DNA of 64,000 nucleotides from Dimorphilus gyrociliatus (lineage: Eukaryota; Animalia; Annelida). The translations under genes were made by a program, and so were the position numbers. The first letter of the stretch is position 1. Each line of letters starts with the position of its first letter. Positions 13,019-26,785 of this stretch are shown here, piece by piece. Below the pieces are notes generated by a model, which was not told the DNA's origin, searched no databases, and worked only from the letters and a program-made list of their open reading frames with translations. Where the stretch lies: contig CAJFCJ010000012.1 in the NCBI GenBank assembly GCA_904063045.1, positions 2,108,001-2,172,000 on the forward strand, written 5' to 3'.

Positions 13019-16000
13019 ATGGCTTTAAAATCTCTATTCCGTTGCGTGGGAATAAGTGAAGAAGAGAGAAGAGATAAAATCATTATGAAACAATTAAAGA
13101 AGGATGATAGACAAGAGAAATCAATTGTAAAAATTTTACTTTTAGGTAAGTGGAAAGTATATTTGCAACTTTTTTGTTTTGTTTTTTAAAAAAAAAAAAG
13201 AAAACATTTTTATAAATTTATATTTTGTCTTGATTCGTTAAATAAGAATTTCTTGCATTCTCGTTTTATCTTATACAGGAATTAATTCATAAATATTTTT
13301 ATAAAGGTATTGCCGAATCCGGTAAAAGTACGATAACGAAGCAGATGAAAATTATACACATAAATGGATTCAATGATGAGTGAGTCATGTAAAAAGTTAA
13401 TTACTATAAGTCTTATCTTAATTCTAGAGTGCTGCCATATTTAGAAATTAGCTGATAAATATATAATAGTAATAATCAGGTGATAATTATATATTAATGT
13501 CTTGAAGATAAGACGATTTGACGGGCATCTCTAAACCATAAATGAATATATAGTATACTGTATTTATACGAAACAAATCATCTAATAAACGTTATGCATA
13601 TACTACATTATCTTGCATAATATGCCTTAACAGTGTTTTATGGTATTAATTAAAAATCTGGGGGAAAATTAAGAGAAAAAATATGGTGGTAAATTGGTTG
13701 AATATCAGATATTTTTTAAAATAGTCATGATTTATCAACGAGGACATCTGTTATAATTAATTAGTTCATTTCCTGTTGTTTACTATTCTCCTTTACTCGA
13801 TAAAATTTACCGGTTAATCGCGAATAATCATTTAATGCATTGTATATTATTACTGTATATATTATTTATTAATAATAACTCGTTTAATTAAAAATCAACT
13901 TTTTCTATATTAAACATCTTTTAAGAAATCAATATAGCTGTTCATGTATAAATATGCGTTAATAAAAACAATATTTAGTACACATATATAGTACTTTTAT
14001 GTTATCTTAACGCCAAATCAAACTTATCCATTATCTGATATCGTTGTACATTTCAAGACTTCTAGTTACAAAACACAATAATTAACTCCCTGTTTTTTTT
14101 TTTATTTAAAAGTGATTTTTCTCCATATCAGATTAATTAATTAATTAATTAATTAATTCAAAATATATATATATATATACGTAACTAGAAAAGATAAATA
14201 GAGTATAATTCTTCTTTTTCCTATTATTCTTTTAAAAGCCGAATTTTGTTGATTTCATTAAAGTAGCTTTAAAGCAATTGTTTCGAAAGATTTAACTATA
14301 TGTATTTATAACTCCTCTATAGATAGTTTAGGGTAACTCTTATTCATTTTAAAAATGATGATCTATTTTTAGCTCAGGTCCCAATAAAAGTTATATGAGA
14401 AAGTTTTTCTCTCATCTTAGTGTTAGATATATTCTGTATATACTTTATATTTTTAATGTAAATATCATTTAAAGTACAATTTAAAAGATCTAAAGTGCTG
14501 ATCAAAGCATGTTTTACAAGAAAATAATAGATACTATATATATTGTATACATATATATATATAAATTATGTTTTTGTCTTGTGTTTTCTAGGGAACGAAG
14601 AGAGAAAATTAGTTTCATTAGAAAGAATCTCAGAGATTCCATATTGGTTTGTTAAATTTATCTTTTTCGTTGATTGTTAAATACTTTCTCTCTCTCTCTC
14701 CATACATATATATATATATACATTTATTGCTTGCAGACAATTTTAGGAGCAATGAATCGTCTTGGTATATCTTTAGCAGACAAAAGATTAGAAGAAAGTA
14801 AAAAATACTTACTAGAAAACTGTTTACAGGAAGACTTCGATTATCCACAGGTAGGCCTATTCTACATATTTTCTTATCAAGAGAGTTTTGTATCCAAGTT
14901 GATTAGAATGGTTGAAGGCTGTAGCCAAATTATATTTAGCGTAGATATAGTACAACAATATTGTTTTGCATATGTTTTTTTTTTTATAAAAGTCTTATAA
15001 AGCTGTTGATGGTTTCTTGAGGAAGAAGAAAAGATTACTAAATTAATAGTAAATGACGTTAGAGAGTAACAATATCTAGGACGCTGTCTTTAAAGCTTAA
15101 TTAATTAATTATAATTGTATACAGTTGTTTTTTCTTCTTTCTTCTCTTAATCTTCTTTTCTTTGTAGATTTTTTATAAAAACATTTATTATATTTGATAA
15201 CCTTTTTAGTATACAGTTTATAAATACGTTTTATTATATTGTATATAAAAAGAATAAAAACTATAAACTCTACAAGGAAAAGAGGAGAAAGAGAGAAATT
15301 TGTTTTCTTATTTACTCATTCTCAATCATTAATAGATATTCTACGATCATACCGAGAAACTTTGGAGAGATAACGGAGTTTTAAAATGCTACGCAAGAAA
15401 CGCCGAATATCAATTGATAGATTGCGCTAAATAGTAAGTTGTTTTGTTAAAATGAAATATTATTAAATGTATTGTTTACTTTCAATGTTTGTAAAAGATA
15501 GATAGTAATAGTTTGTTAGAGTAAGAGTATGAGCAGTAATATACAAATCAGTAAACACACACATACATATATATACTGTATATACAGTCAATATAGTATA
15601 AATAAATTCATTTCTTTTGTAATATCTCTCCTCGCCTAATTACGTTAGAAAAGGCTATTTTTAGAATTTTTTACCAGACGTACGATCCAACTCGATATCT
15701 AAATAGAATATCTAGGCTCAAATTATTAACCTTGGCTTAAGTGAGAGTGTTATATATCCTTTTTTTTTAGCCTATAACGATTATGATGTGATATTTATAG
15801 CAGCTGGGTTATTTTTGGTAAATAATAAAAGATATTTCCTTCTTTATATTGTTCCTATAAAATGTATAGGCTAACAGACAGGAAGAAAAAGCCAGGAATG
15901 TTCAAGGCAAATAGTATCTGCATAAAAGCCTATATAAAAGAATTTAAAAGAACAGTAGATAGTTAAAATAATATTAATTTCTTTATGCTTTACTTTGTTC

Positions 16001-17627
16001 TAAAAGTCTATATATAGAATATATATATTATATAAGAATACATGTATATAAAGTATATAAACTATATAATAGAAATAAAAAAGCTATAGCAATAATAAAA
16101 ACCTTAATATATAAAAAAAACATTTTAATTGGCATTTGATTATAAAATAATATTACTTTCAAAACTCATTAAAAGGTAATGAATATTCATAAGATATATA
16201 TATATATATATATTTATATATATGTTAATAAAATAACTGCTTAAAAGTGTTCTAATTGAAATCTAATAAGTGAAAAGATATATATACAGTATATATATAA
16301 ATTTATATATACAGTATGTATAATATATTTGTAGTGTATAGGGGTTTAGATAATTATGAATAGAGGAGAAAACATAGGGAAAATTTGCAGTACCAGGCAG
16401 CGTAAGAGTACGAATGATAAAAGTTTATAATTTATTAGGTTTTACACCTTATACTTAGTTGGCGTAAAGTAATAAAAATTATTAGTCAACATTCTTAATT
16501 TATTACTTGATTTTATTGAGTTTTTCTTCTTTTTTTTCCTTCTTTCTTTCTTTCTTTCTTTTCTTCTTTCGTTCTTTTAGTTTTTTCTCTTTTTAACACA
16601 TCTTATTTTTTTAGTTGTATATTTGTTTTTTTTTACTTTTACAGTTTTCTAGACAAAATCGACGTTATACGATTAGATTCTTATTTACCATCTGATCATG
16701 ATATTCTCCATTGTAGAATATTGACAAATTCAATACAAAAGATAGAATTTACGGTTATGGATAAAAAATCAAGAATCCCTTTTCATGTTTTTGACGTTGG
16801 TGGTCAAAGGGGAGAACGAAAAAAATGGATACAAATGTTTGACTCTGCAACGGCTATCCTTTTTTTACTTGATTGTTCTTCTTTCGACGTTAACGTTCGC
16901 GATGACTTTGAATCGAACAGGCTTTTAGAAGCGACAGAAGTCTTTGAACATATATGGAATTCTCGGTTTTTAAAGAACGTTTCCTTAATCTTATTTGTAA
17001 ATAAGATTGATCTTTTAGAAGGAAAGATCAGATCGGGAAGTTCGATTGATAATCTAGTCAAATCAATTCCGTCTACTCACAAATATTTCCCCGTCTATGA
17101 TAGAGTTTATAGGGAATTCTCTAAACCTTTAGGTAACAAACTCTATTAGCTAACTAATTTACAGTAAATAACATCCATTTTCTTCGTAAATAACGAAAAT
17201 ACTAACAATTCCTTCCGTGTCATCCATAGATCAGGAACGTAAAGAATTCATTGATTCTTTTTTAACTAGAGAAAAAAAACCGGAAAACCGTTTGAAATTT
17301 CGCAGAAGATCTTCTAGATCTCCCTCAGTTCAACCGGAAATACTCGATGAAATTGTAAAAACAGCTGTTATTATCAAAAGGGTCTTTATGGTTGGTTATC
17401 AATTCTGCTCACTTAAAAAAAGTATCCAAAATTGATCAATTATCATATTTCAACAGGAAGTTGCACATGGTTCGAAAAAGGGATCAGAGGGAAGAGAATT
17501 CCATAGAGGTCATTACTGCGAACCTTTTTATACTTGCGCAATTGATACAGACAATATCCAAAAAGTTCTTGAAGGTGTACGTTCCATCCTTATCAAGAAA
17601 GCTTTAAGGTCAAATCTTTTAATATAA
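13019..17627 (+). CDS. Heterotrimeric G-protein alpha subunit, divergent Gs/Gf-like (~428 aa)
   Basis: Eight phase-consistent exons: 13019-13145, 13307-13379, 14592-14646, 14737-14850, 15336-15433, 16645-17132, 17230-17390, 17457-17627. G-boxes: [41 protein letters not shown] and IWNSRFL resemble the Gs/Gf branch. Confidence 0.93.
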
Positions 17628-17913
17628 AATAAATTAAGAAATGAAAGACAGGAAACAGTTGTTTATATTCTTACCATTTTATTATAAACTATATATAGAT
17701 ACTGTATATATATATACTTTACTAGAATATACAGTTAAACGTCATTTGAGAAATTTAAAAATAAAATAAATTACTATATGAATAACTTTAAAGAAATATA
17801 AAATACCTTCATTCATCTCCCTACTGTTTTCTCATCCCTTCCTTCCCTTTCTACTTCTCTGTCTCTCTCTCTCTCTCCGTCTCTCTCTCTCTCACACACA
17901 CATTATCTTGTTT

Positions 17914-19443
17914 ATGATGGAAGATGATGATGAAAATTATTCTTGGTTATATAAGGAATTTGAAAAACATGTTTTAGCAGAGGATAGTGAATTGATGGCT
18001 ATTCTTATAGGGCTACTTTCAGTTTCTAATAGATTTCAATCCGTATACTTTCTAACGAAATTTGGTGATAGTCTTAAGTTGTTTATTGATCGTGAATATG
18101 ATAGAATACAAGCGAATATTGATAAAAAATACTTTTATTCATTTATTCATCCCGAACTACTTTTCCCGTGTAAAAAAGATTCCAGATCGTAAGTTATAGA
18201 TAGTGTTATTATGATTAATATCGTTCATAAACAGTTCATCATGAATCGGAGATATATAACGTAATTATCTGGCTAAATTATGCCCTTAATAGATATTGAA
18301 TCAAAGAATTTCATTATAATTAATTCGTAATATTAAATTTAATATAAAACTTGCCCTTTTTTCTTCAATTATCGATGACTTTGTTAATCAAATACTAGAT
18401 TTTTGATATTTATAAGATAATTCAAATATTCAATATTTTCCGAGTGGGATAAATGCGTATACTAATATAATGTATAAAAAAACTATAAAATCCTTATATA
18501 TATAGAATATAGGTCATATAATTATAAAACTAACTATACAATCTAGCTTTAATTCCATCTAAAAATAAAACAAAGTATGTCAAGATCATAATCATGATAC
18601 TGACTAAAAAAATGACATTCATAATGAATTTGGTCGAATAGGTTCATTGTTCTAATAGTATAATATATATATATATATATACTATACAGTATATATCAAA
18701 AAATCTCTATTCATGTAATAGATGGTTACGTAAAGGTCTTAATTCTCAAGATATGAAAAAATTACACCCAGTTTACACCCTAAACGATAGTTGGGACCTT
18801 CCCAGACATTTTGAATATGAAAATTACCGATTAGATAGAGATAATTTAGAAGAAGATATGATAAAAGAATTTGAAGAGTATTCTAGGCAATTTTGTTATC
18901 ATCTAAGAAGAGTTCGGAGTCATCTTTTATCCGAGGTTATTTATATTATATTATGAAATAAAGAGAATAGAAAACATTTAATAGCAATTTGATTATTTCA
19001 TATGTTTAATTAAATCGTCAAGATATCGGATGGAATGATGCAAGATACTCATTCGAATGCTAAGAGCAATGACAATCCTTCATTGTCCACTTCGAAGAAT
19101 AGAATAAGTAATAGAGAATTCTTGGAATCATCGGTTGACGGAATCCATTCGGCATTGGAACTAAATTTGTGAGTTGATTAGTAAATAATTTTAGTTTGAT
19201 TAATTTATATTAAAGGAGAAAGAATGAGATGAAAAAAATATAATAGAAATATACTATATAAATCTTTCTCTCTCTTCCTGTTCTTCCCTCATTCCCTCCC
19301 ACTTTCTTATAAACAAATTTACAGACTGACTAAAAAGTTTCTCCCTATAATCTTTCTTTTTTCTTAGGTCAAATGACGAAGGAAGAGATGGTCGAATTAG
19401 TATATGGAAGAGTCAAAAATCAAAACATTGTTGTTTATTATAG
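17914..19443 (+). CDS. Orphan protein ending in a CaaX box (~236 aa)
   Basis: Exons 17914-18188, 18722-18935, 19023-19168, 19368-19443 with canonical sites and matching phases; C-terminus KSQKSKHCCLL-stop. No family recognised. Confidence 0.75.
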
Positions 19444-20411
19444 GAATTAAGAGATTAAGGTCAAAAAAAAAAAAGAAAATAATAAGTTTTTAATTAAGTC
19501 ATGTTTGTATTTTGTATTCTTTGTTTATTTATCTTCTCAATTAGAATAAACTTACTTTACAAAGTGGTTATTTTTTTCTTATGCTACTACTATTACCATC
19601 TAGCGGAAATCAGAGGGAAAAAAGGAAAACAAACACATTAATATCTATTGTGTATAGCTATAGCTCCTTTGGAGAGGAGGAAGCATAGAAATAGGACAAA
19701 TATATATAATATATAACATTATGAAATTGTGAATTTTTCCTCTGTTATGAGCTAAATATGAGAATGTTTATTTTACTTCCGCCTTTTTTTATTATTTTTA
19801 AATGAGTCAACTCCGTCTATATAAATTGATGAACACGATTCGCAATCTCTTTTTCAATGAGTTCACTATGCCTGATAAAAAAAAAGTAATATATGTTTAT
19901 TGAATCCTTCATTCATCTTCTCTTTGTAGTTTATTTGCTAACTTTGCAATAGAGTTGCTGATATAAACAGATTTGTTTTCTTTGTGAAAATGCAGGAATA
20001 GCTTTTCAGAAGGTGGAAGAAATGAGAAAGAACACGATTAGATTTATTGTTGTCGGTAGATGTCTCTGTCGGTAGTATTAATAAATAGGACTATTTTATC
20101 AGTCTAAGGCTATTGTCTGTTCTTGCTTCGAAATCTCGTAAACGATTAGATTTCTTTACATTGTACAATATGGAAGAATCATGAAACAGTTTACATTTCA
20201 AGGATCAATTAGGCAACACGAAAAATAAAAGGATATAACTGAACAATAACGGAACTTTTTTTGTTTAATTAATAACGGGAGACGGAGGAGGAGGAGGAGG
20301 AGGTGTATTAATAAAGAATAATAAGGGATAAGACATATAGATGAAACTTTGTCGCATAAATTAAAAGGGATAAGAACATCATCTTTCAAGAGTAATTGAA
20401 ATAGTTCGACA

Positions 20412-23400
20412 ATGGTTATTAGAAAATCAGCTTTAATACATTTCTACACAATACTTTTAAGTTACTTATCTAGAACCGTCATCAACGATAAGGTAAGAAG
20501 AATTTAAGACAAGAATACAAAATAACTAATTAATAAATATACTTAATTATCGAATTTCTTAATTAAATATTTAATTAATTACCCTAACTAACATATATAT
20601 ATATATATATATATCTTGTCTTCTCAGGCTTCTAATATTGGAGACAAATTTACAAGATTAACAGGTAAAATTAGAAATGATCTCTTTGTCTCTTATTTTT
20701 TTCAACGTGCTATTTAGAATAGATTTAAGATATGAATATATAATATACAAGTATATGATAACAGTATGTTTAAAAACTGTATTAATTTTAAGTATTTTTG
20801 CAAAACGAAACAAGTACGAATAATCAATAATAAATTATTTTTCATATAAGGAAGAGAATATTATGCTGCATATTGAATTATATAAACATTTTGTAGATAG
20901 TAGTAGTACTATTATTATCATTCATTCATTCATTAAATTACTATTTATTGTTTATATCTAGGTGAAAATTGTACGTTCATTAAGAGTAGTAGAACAATAG
21001 TTAATGGAGAAATTAGTGAATTATGTACAAGTAAGAACTGTTCAAATGTTGGAGCCAACTTTCTTATCATTAATTGGAATTCTGCATCCTCTTCATTTCG
21101 TTTAAGAGTTTATGACTCTGAATTGAAATTTATCAATTATAAATTCGATAGAGAACCTAATCATCCTAAGGTAAATATATTTTCATTATATCAATAAACA
21201 CTCATTATATATATATATGTATTTAGGGTGAATATCGGTACACCTGCGTAATTTCAAGAGGTAAAATGGAAGAATGGAAAAGTGTACAACTATCTTGTAC
21301 AGATGAAACTTCTTGTTCACCTAAAAGTCATAATAATATCAACTATATTAGTTCTACAAAGTTAAACAGCTGTTCATTTAGTGATACGAAATTTCCAAAC
21401 TCTGATTATACTACTTTTACGAAATGGTGTGAATTCAAAAAATACAATTTTAATGGTCTTATCGGTTGGAAAATTAAACCGAATGTAAATCCTGGATATT
21501 TCTTGGTTCATCAACAAGGAGTTTGTCCTACATATGTTAAGGTATATATTAGAATATTTTAAAGGAGCATAACATATATATATATATATATATATACATA
21601 TATACATAAATAAAGTATCGAAAAGACAAGCTATGCTATAGATCTTCATTGACACAAAAAAAATCAGAAAATAATGTAATAATAACGGTAAGTAAACAGC
21701 CAACATATTTTAAAACATGATATATTATATATTATTAATTTAATACAATCTATTAGATTACTAATGCAGAAGATTTCTACTCGGAATCTATAAAATACGA
21801 ATGTAAGTTATTCAATTTTAATCAATATAAACTATATACTTAAACATCTATAATTATTGATAACAGCAAGTAACGTAATCGAAAGTGCTGCAAGTGAGTA
21901 TAAAACTTACAAACATTTCCAATTCTCATCATAAACTAGAGGCACTTTTCCTCACCTATTTTTTAAAAATAGTGTGGTTTTTATTATTATAAAGTATAAA
22001 CAACATAGATATATAATAATATTTAAAAGTCAATATGACAAACTAACTTATTGAATTATGGCACAATAATACAAAAGTACACTTCTAACATCTTTTTCAA
22101 TTATATACTAATTTTATTGTGTGAAATAAAACTTCATTTAAAGGTCCTTGCTCAATAGATTCAGGTTTGTTTCTTATTAATATACTATTGCCCTTAATCT
22201 ATTTTCTCCCTCTCTAGTTTTCTTGGTTAAAAAATAAAAGTCTTTTCTCTTTCTAAACCTTCTAACTATTATATATACAGTATATACATTCATATCTATA
22301 AAAGGACACAACAAGTCTAACAGCATAGTCATTAATATTTTTCCAAATGCTTATTAAAGCTTATTTAAATCACTTATAGCTTTTTTTTTAAAAAAAAATA
22401 TTAACTTTAACTACAAGCTAAAACAAATCGAGATATGGTAAATACTGTGTATATCAATGGTAAAGTTATATACAGTTTGGTGGTAGTTTGAGAAATCTTT
22501 CAGTGAAAGTTCTCTAGTAGAAAAGAATGATAGATTTATTATTTATATAAAAATCATATAAGTAGAATAAAATTTCTTTTCTTCCTCTCTCTCTTTCTCT
22601 CTCTCTCTCTCTTTTTTGCAGTGAAGGATATTCATCATATTAATCTTGTTTTAAATCTCGTCTTTTTTTTTTAAATAGAGATTTAATCTATTTACATGTA
22701 CTGATTATAATTTGCATATTTATACATTTTCAACAGAGTTTTATTTAAAACAATTTAACAATTGTATACTGTACACATGTAATTTTCTTTTATATTTATT
22801 CCATATTAGGAAAATATTGCGAAACGGAAAATTGTAAATATAATTGCATTGAAAACGGTAAAGATATTTTGCTCTATCTGTGAAAATATATAAAATATAC
22901 AATTGTATATATATTCTGATTTCAGGATTACACGGAGCTTGTTGGAACAATACTGCTTTAGTATTTAAAATTAAAAATGATACCATTACAGCTAAATGGA
23001 CATTAGTCGATGTAAAATGTAAAAGAGATTATGAAATTCTTGGTTCCTCTTCTTTTACTGTAACAGTTGCTCCAGGGATTTTTGATATTGGAAAAAAACT
23101 TGGTGTAGTATATGTAAGCGAAAGAGATATATCATTTCTTATTAATTACAATTTATGAATGATTCTTTTCTTTTTTACAGATGAACAACACAGAATATAG
23201 CTATGAAATACCATTAAAATATAACGGATCATATCTAGAAGTATATACTAAATAAACTATATAAATATAACTAATATATATATATATATATTTATACTTA
23301 ATTTACTTAATAGATTAAACCGAATTGTGAGAAACAAACTAATCGTACGTAATGTAATCAATTATAATTAATTATAATATTAATAACATATTGAATATTT

Positions 23401-25115
23401 AAACGTTAAACTATTAATTGATTTGTTTTAAAATCTAGTTGATTGCTCCTGCGATCGCATCAGAGAAAAGATTAACGGTAAAATTTTACAATATTTTAAT
23501 ATTATAATTGTTAATTACTTAATACTAATAGTACAAATGTCAACATCGCCACAAGTAACAAATGAAGATGATAAATCTATTGAAATTTCCACTAAACCAT
23601 ACATTTCTCCAAGTGAGTAAGATTAATGAGTAATAAATTCCAATTATTAAACATGTGCTTTACGCTTTAATGCTCTAAGTTTAATTACAATAATCATAGT
23701 GATTATGATTATGATTATTATTATTAAAATTATCTTTATTATTACTGCTCCCTTATTATTTTCATTTGAAGCCCTCAGCACTATAAAATATGTGAAAACT
23801 TCCTTTACTACCACTGAAGGAACAAAGTCCAGGGAAAGGATAACAGAAGATGTTCAATTTTCAACTAAACAACCAACAACAACAAGAAGTGATATAACTT
23901 TCAATTATATTAATGGTACTTTGAACGCTTTTAAAAAATCGGTTCAAAATTCTTTAGCGACACCTATTTCGATCATTTAAACGCACAATCAATAAATCAA
24001 CAAGATATTCTTATGCACAATTAAAACTAATTAATATACTAATATCTAACCTATTTAATATAGTTAAAAAGTTATTAACAGTGCCAAATTATAGAAAAAA
24101 GATGGCTTTAGCTTCTAGAGGTGATAGATAACGGGGAATTTAGTAAACAAAAAAGAAATATGGGAGTTTTAATAAGACTCTAGATAATCAAATCTTTGTG
24201 CAGTTTTACCATTAATGCTTTGCTTTACAAATAATCTCCGATTTGTTGTTAATTAAAATTCAATCTATTGATTTATAAATAATTTAAATTATTGTTTCGT
24301 TTATTCCTCTCATTTTAGAATCACCTACAGAGTTTGTTGGAAGTCCTAAGAACCATACAGAAATCATTGTAATAATTTGTGTTACTGGAGGTTTTGGTAT
24401 TATTCTGCTAGTTTTTGGAATCTGCTTTTGTACATATAGATGTAGATGTAAAAGGGGATATAAAATAGTACATTTTGTTTGTGATAATGGAACACCATCC
24501 AACAATGATATTGCAGTAGAACTTTTTGGGTTCTTAAGGGTTGTAAAAGAGTTCGAAACTAAATTCTACGATTTATCTCAAGATGTAGACAAAAATGTTA
24601 AATTCTTTCTTATAATTTTATCAGAAAATAAAGAGTTTAATGACCTGTATATAAGGAGATTAGACTTTTATAAGAATTGTTTCATATTTGCCTCATTGCA
24701 TGAACATCTAAAATCACCAACTAATGGAAAAGTTTATTATATTCCAAAAGATATGAGGAAGTTGCTTAAAGCTCTTGGAGCACATGTTAATGAAGACTTG
24801 TATAAAGCAAAGTTATTTAATCTTCGTGATACTATAGAGAGAGTTAATAGAGGCGAAAAAATTGTTAAAAATTATGAAAGGCAAAACAGTGTCGCAGGAG
24901 TCCATTTTAATAGCATAAATGAAATCATCCCTCCAGAAGACAACTATGACATTGCAGAGTGTAAACAAGAATACGAAAACTGTCATCTACAATTTAAAGT
25001 TGAGTATGATGAAGAGAGCTTATCATCCGATACATCTGATACACGTCGCCATTCCGATCCAGTTTCTGATTGTAGGCAGCCGACAATAAGTATTTCAAAA
25101 ACGTCTGTTGTTTAA
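20412..25115 (+). CDS. Type I membrane receptor, IL-17-receptor/SEFIR(TIR)-like
   Basis: About 14 exons. Signal peptide (MVIRKSALIHFYTILLSYLSRT), Cys-containing beta-rich ectodomain, S/T-rich stalk, TM (IIVIICVTGGFGIILLVFGICFC), then a cytoplasmic segment KIVHFVCD..PSNNDIAVELFGFLR ... YYIPKDMRKLLKAL resembling the start and end of SEFIR. The membrane-protein call is firm; the family call is tentative. Confidence 0.6.
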
Positions 25116-25291
25116 GATTTCTTGTCCAAATGTTTATTTTGTATATAGCCTTACTGGTGTTATACAGTATATATAAATTTATATATATATATATATCATT
25201 TTGAACTATTCTGTTATACTAATTGTTTGTTTGTTATTTGTATAGTATTCTGCAAAATTGAATACAGTAAAACTTGAATGTCTTTTCGTGT

Positions 25292-25305
25292 CACAAGATG
25301 GCGCT
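25292..25305 (+). promoter_or_regulatory. CTCF/YY1-like motif between convergent genes
   Basis: CACAAGATGGCGCT between the 3' ends of the receptor gene and APCDD1. Confidence 0.45.
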
Positions 25306-25535
25306 CCAAATGCACTTTTTTCGAGGACAGCCACTAATTGCATAGATTTTACCTGTCTTTATCAAACGAAAACTATTATTAAATAGTTGTTTTTATTCAA
25401 ATAAAATGCTATAGAAACAATAAAAACAAATTTTTTCTTTTATTTGATATTCCAAAGAGAGAGAGAGAGAGAGTAAGGATATTATCAGTCTTCTCGAATA
25501 GAAATATTTATATAATATTGCACTGATAGAAAGAG

Positions 25536-25572
<37 letters not shown>

Positions 25573-25707
25573 GTTTTTTTTATATAAACAAGAAAATACT
25601 GATTTTTTTATACGTAATTCGATTCTAAATTCATCCTAATAACAAGCTCATTGTTAATCTTCTTAGTCAATTGTGAAAATGACGCTGGAGTGTCTAAAAA
25701 AAAAATG

Positions 25708-26750
25708 TTAGACAAAGCTTCGTATTAAGCAAAATATGGCTGCCAATGTCAATATTTCTGTTTTGCATCCATTTCCTTGAGATTTTGCATGCAAGTGACT
25801 TCTCCATATATAATTTTTTGGATTATAATTGAGTGGAATGTTATTATTACCGCAAAATTTCAACGGTTCCTGGAAGGATGTAGGCCTATAATTAATAGTT
25901 GAGATCCAATTGGTTGTGTGCTTCCCAAGGAATAATTCAATAAAATTGAACCTTTTTTCTAATCGAATTATCTCGTAGATTGTATATGGTAGACTTATTC
26001 CGAGAGTAGGACAACCGTTTGAAATTGTCAAATCTTTCTGACTTCCTACATGCCAATAACTGCCGTCTCCGCAGACTGATCCTTTAGCGGCATTTAATAT
26101 TGTCGCTATACTTTTTTCCGTCACTTTCAAAGTAGCAGAGAAGGCGTTAAAAATAACGTTTCTAGTACCAGTCATGTGTTTATGCGGTCCAGAATCCTCC
26201 CAAGTACCACTCGTAACTATTGTGTAGAGTTTTCTCTTACAGATTACATCAGAGTAATAGTGATAAATTGATTTCCATTGAAATCTATCCTCTAGTATGA
26301 GATGCCTTATTAAAAAGTTGGAAAAGCGCGTCGATTCGCACCTTTCACTTAGCCACTCACTTTTTTGAGAAAGTTTCGTTAAATAGAAATTCTGCCGGTG
26401 GTGGTGCAGTGATGGTGGACGAAGGCTAGTTGATTTGCTGATAATTTTGCAGATTGAGCATTTCGGTGTCTAAAAAAGACGGATTAGATAAGATAAATGA
26501 TAGCAGAAAATTCTTTTACGAGGAGCAAGTTTCTATCTTCTAGAGGTCAGGAAAGGTTGAAAGATGCTCGATTTATTTTACTGCCTAGGTAATTCTCGTA
26601 AACGAACTTTTACACATTGTAAAAAATTGATAGAAAAGATAGTGAAGAGGAATAGATTAATATAAAATTGTAAGAAAAGAGTCTGTGCGTGTGCGAGTGT
26701 TTGTAACTTGGTAATCATTTTAATAAACTTTCCATCAGGGTTTTATAATT

Positions 26751-26785
<35 letters not shown>

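Noticed and set aside
17627-17914. Possible operon or trans-spliced pair (G-alpha then CaaX gene)
   Set aside because: No AG acceptor follows the pyrimidine tract before the ATG; short spacing alone is not evidence.
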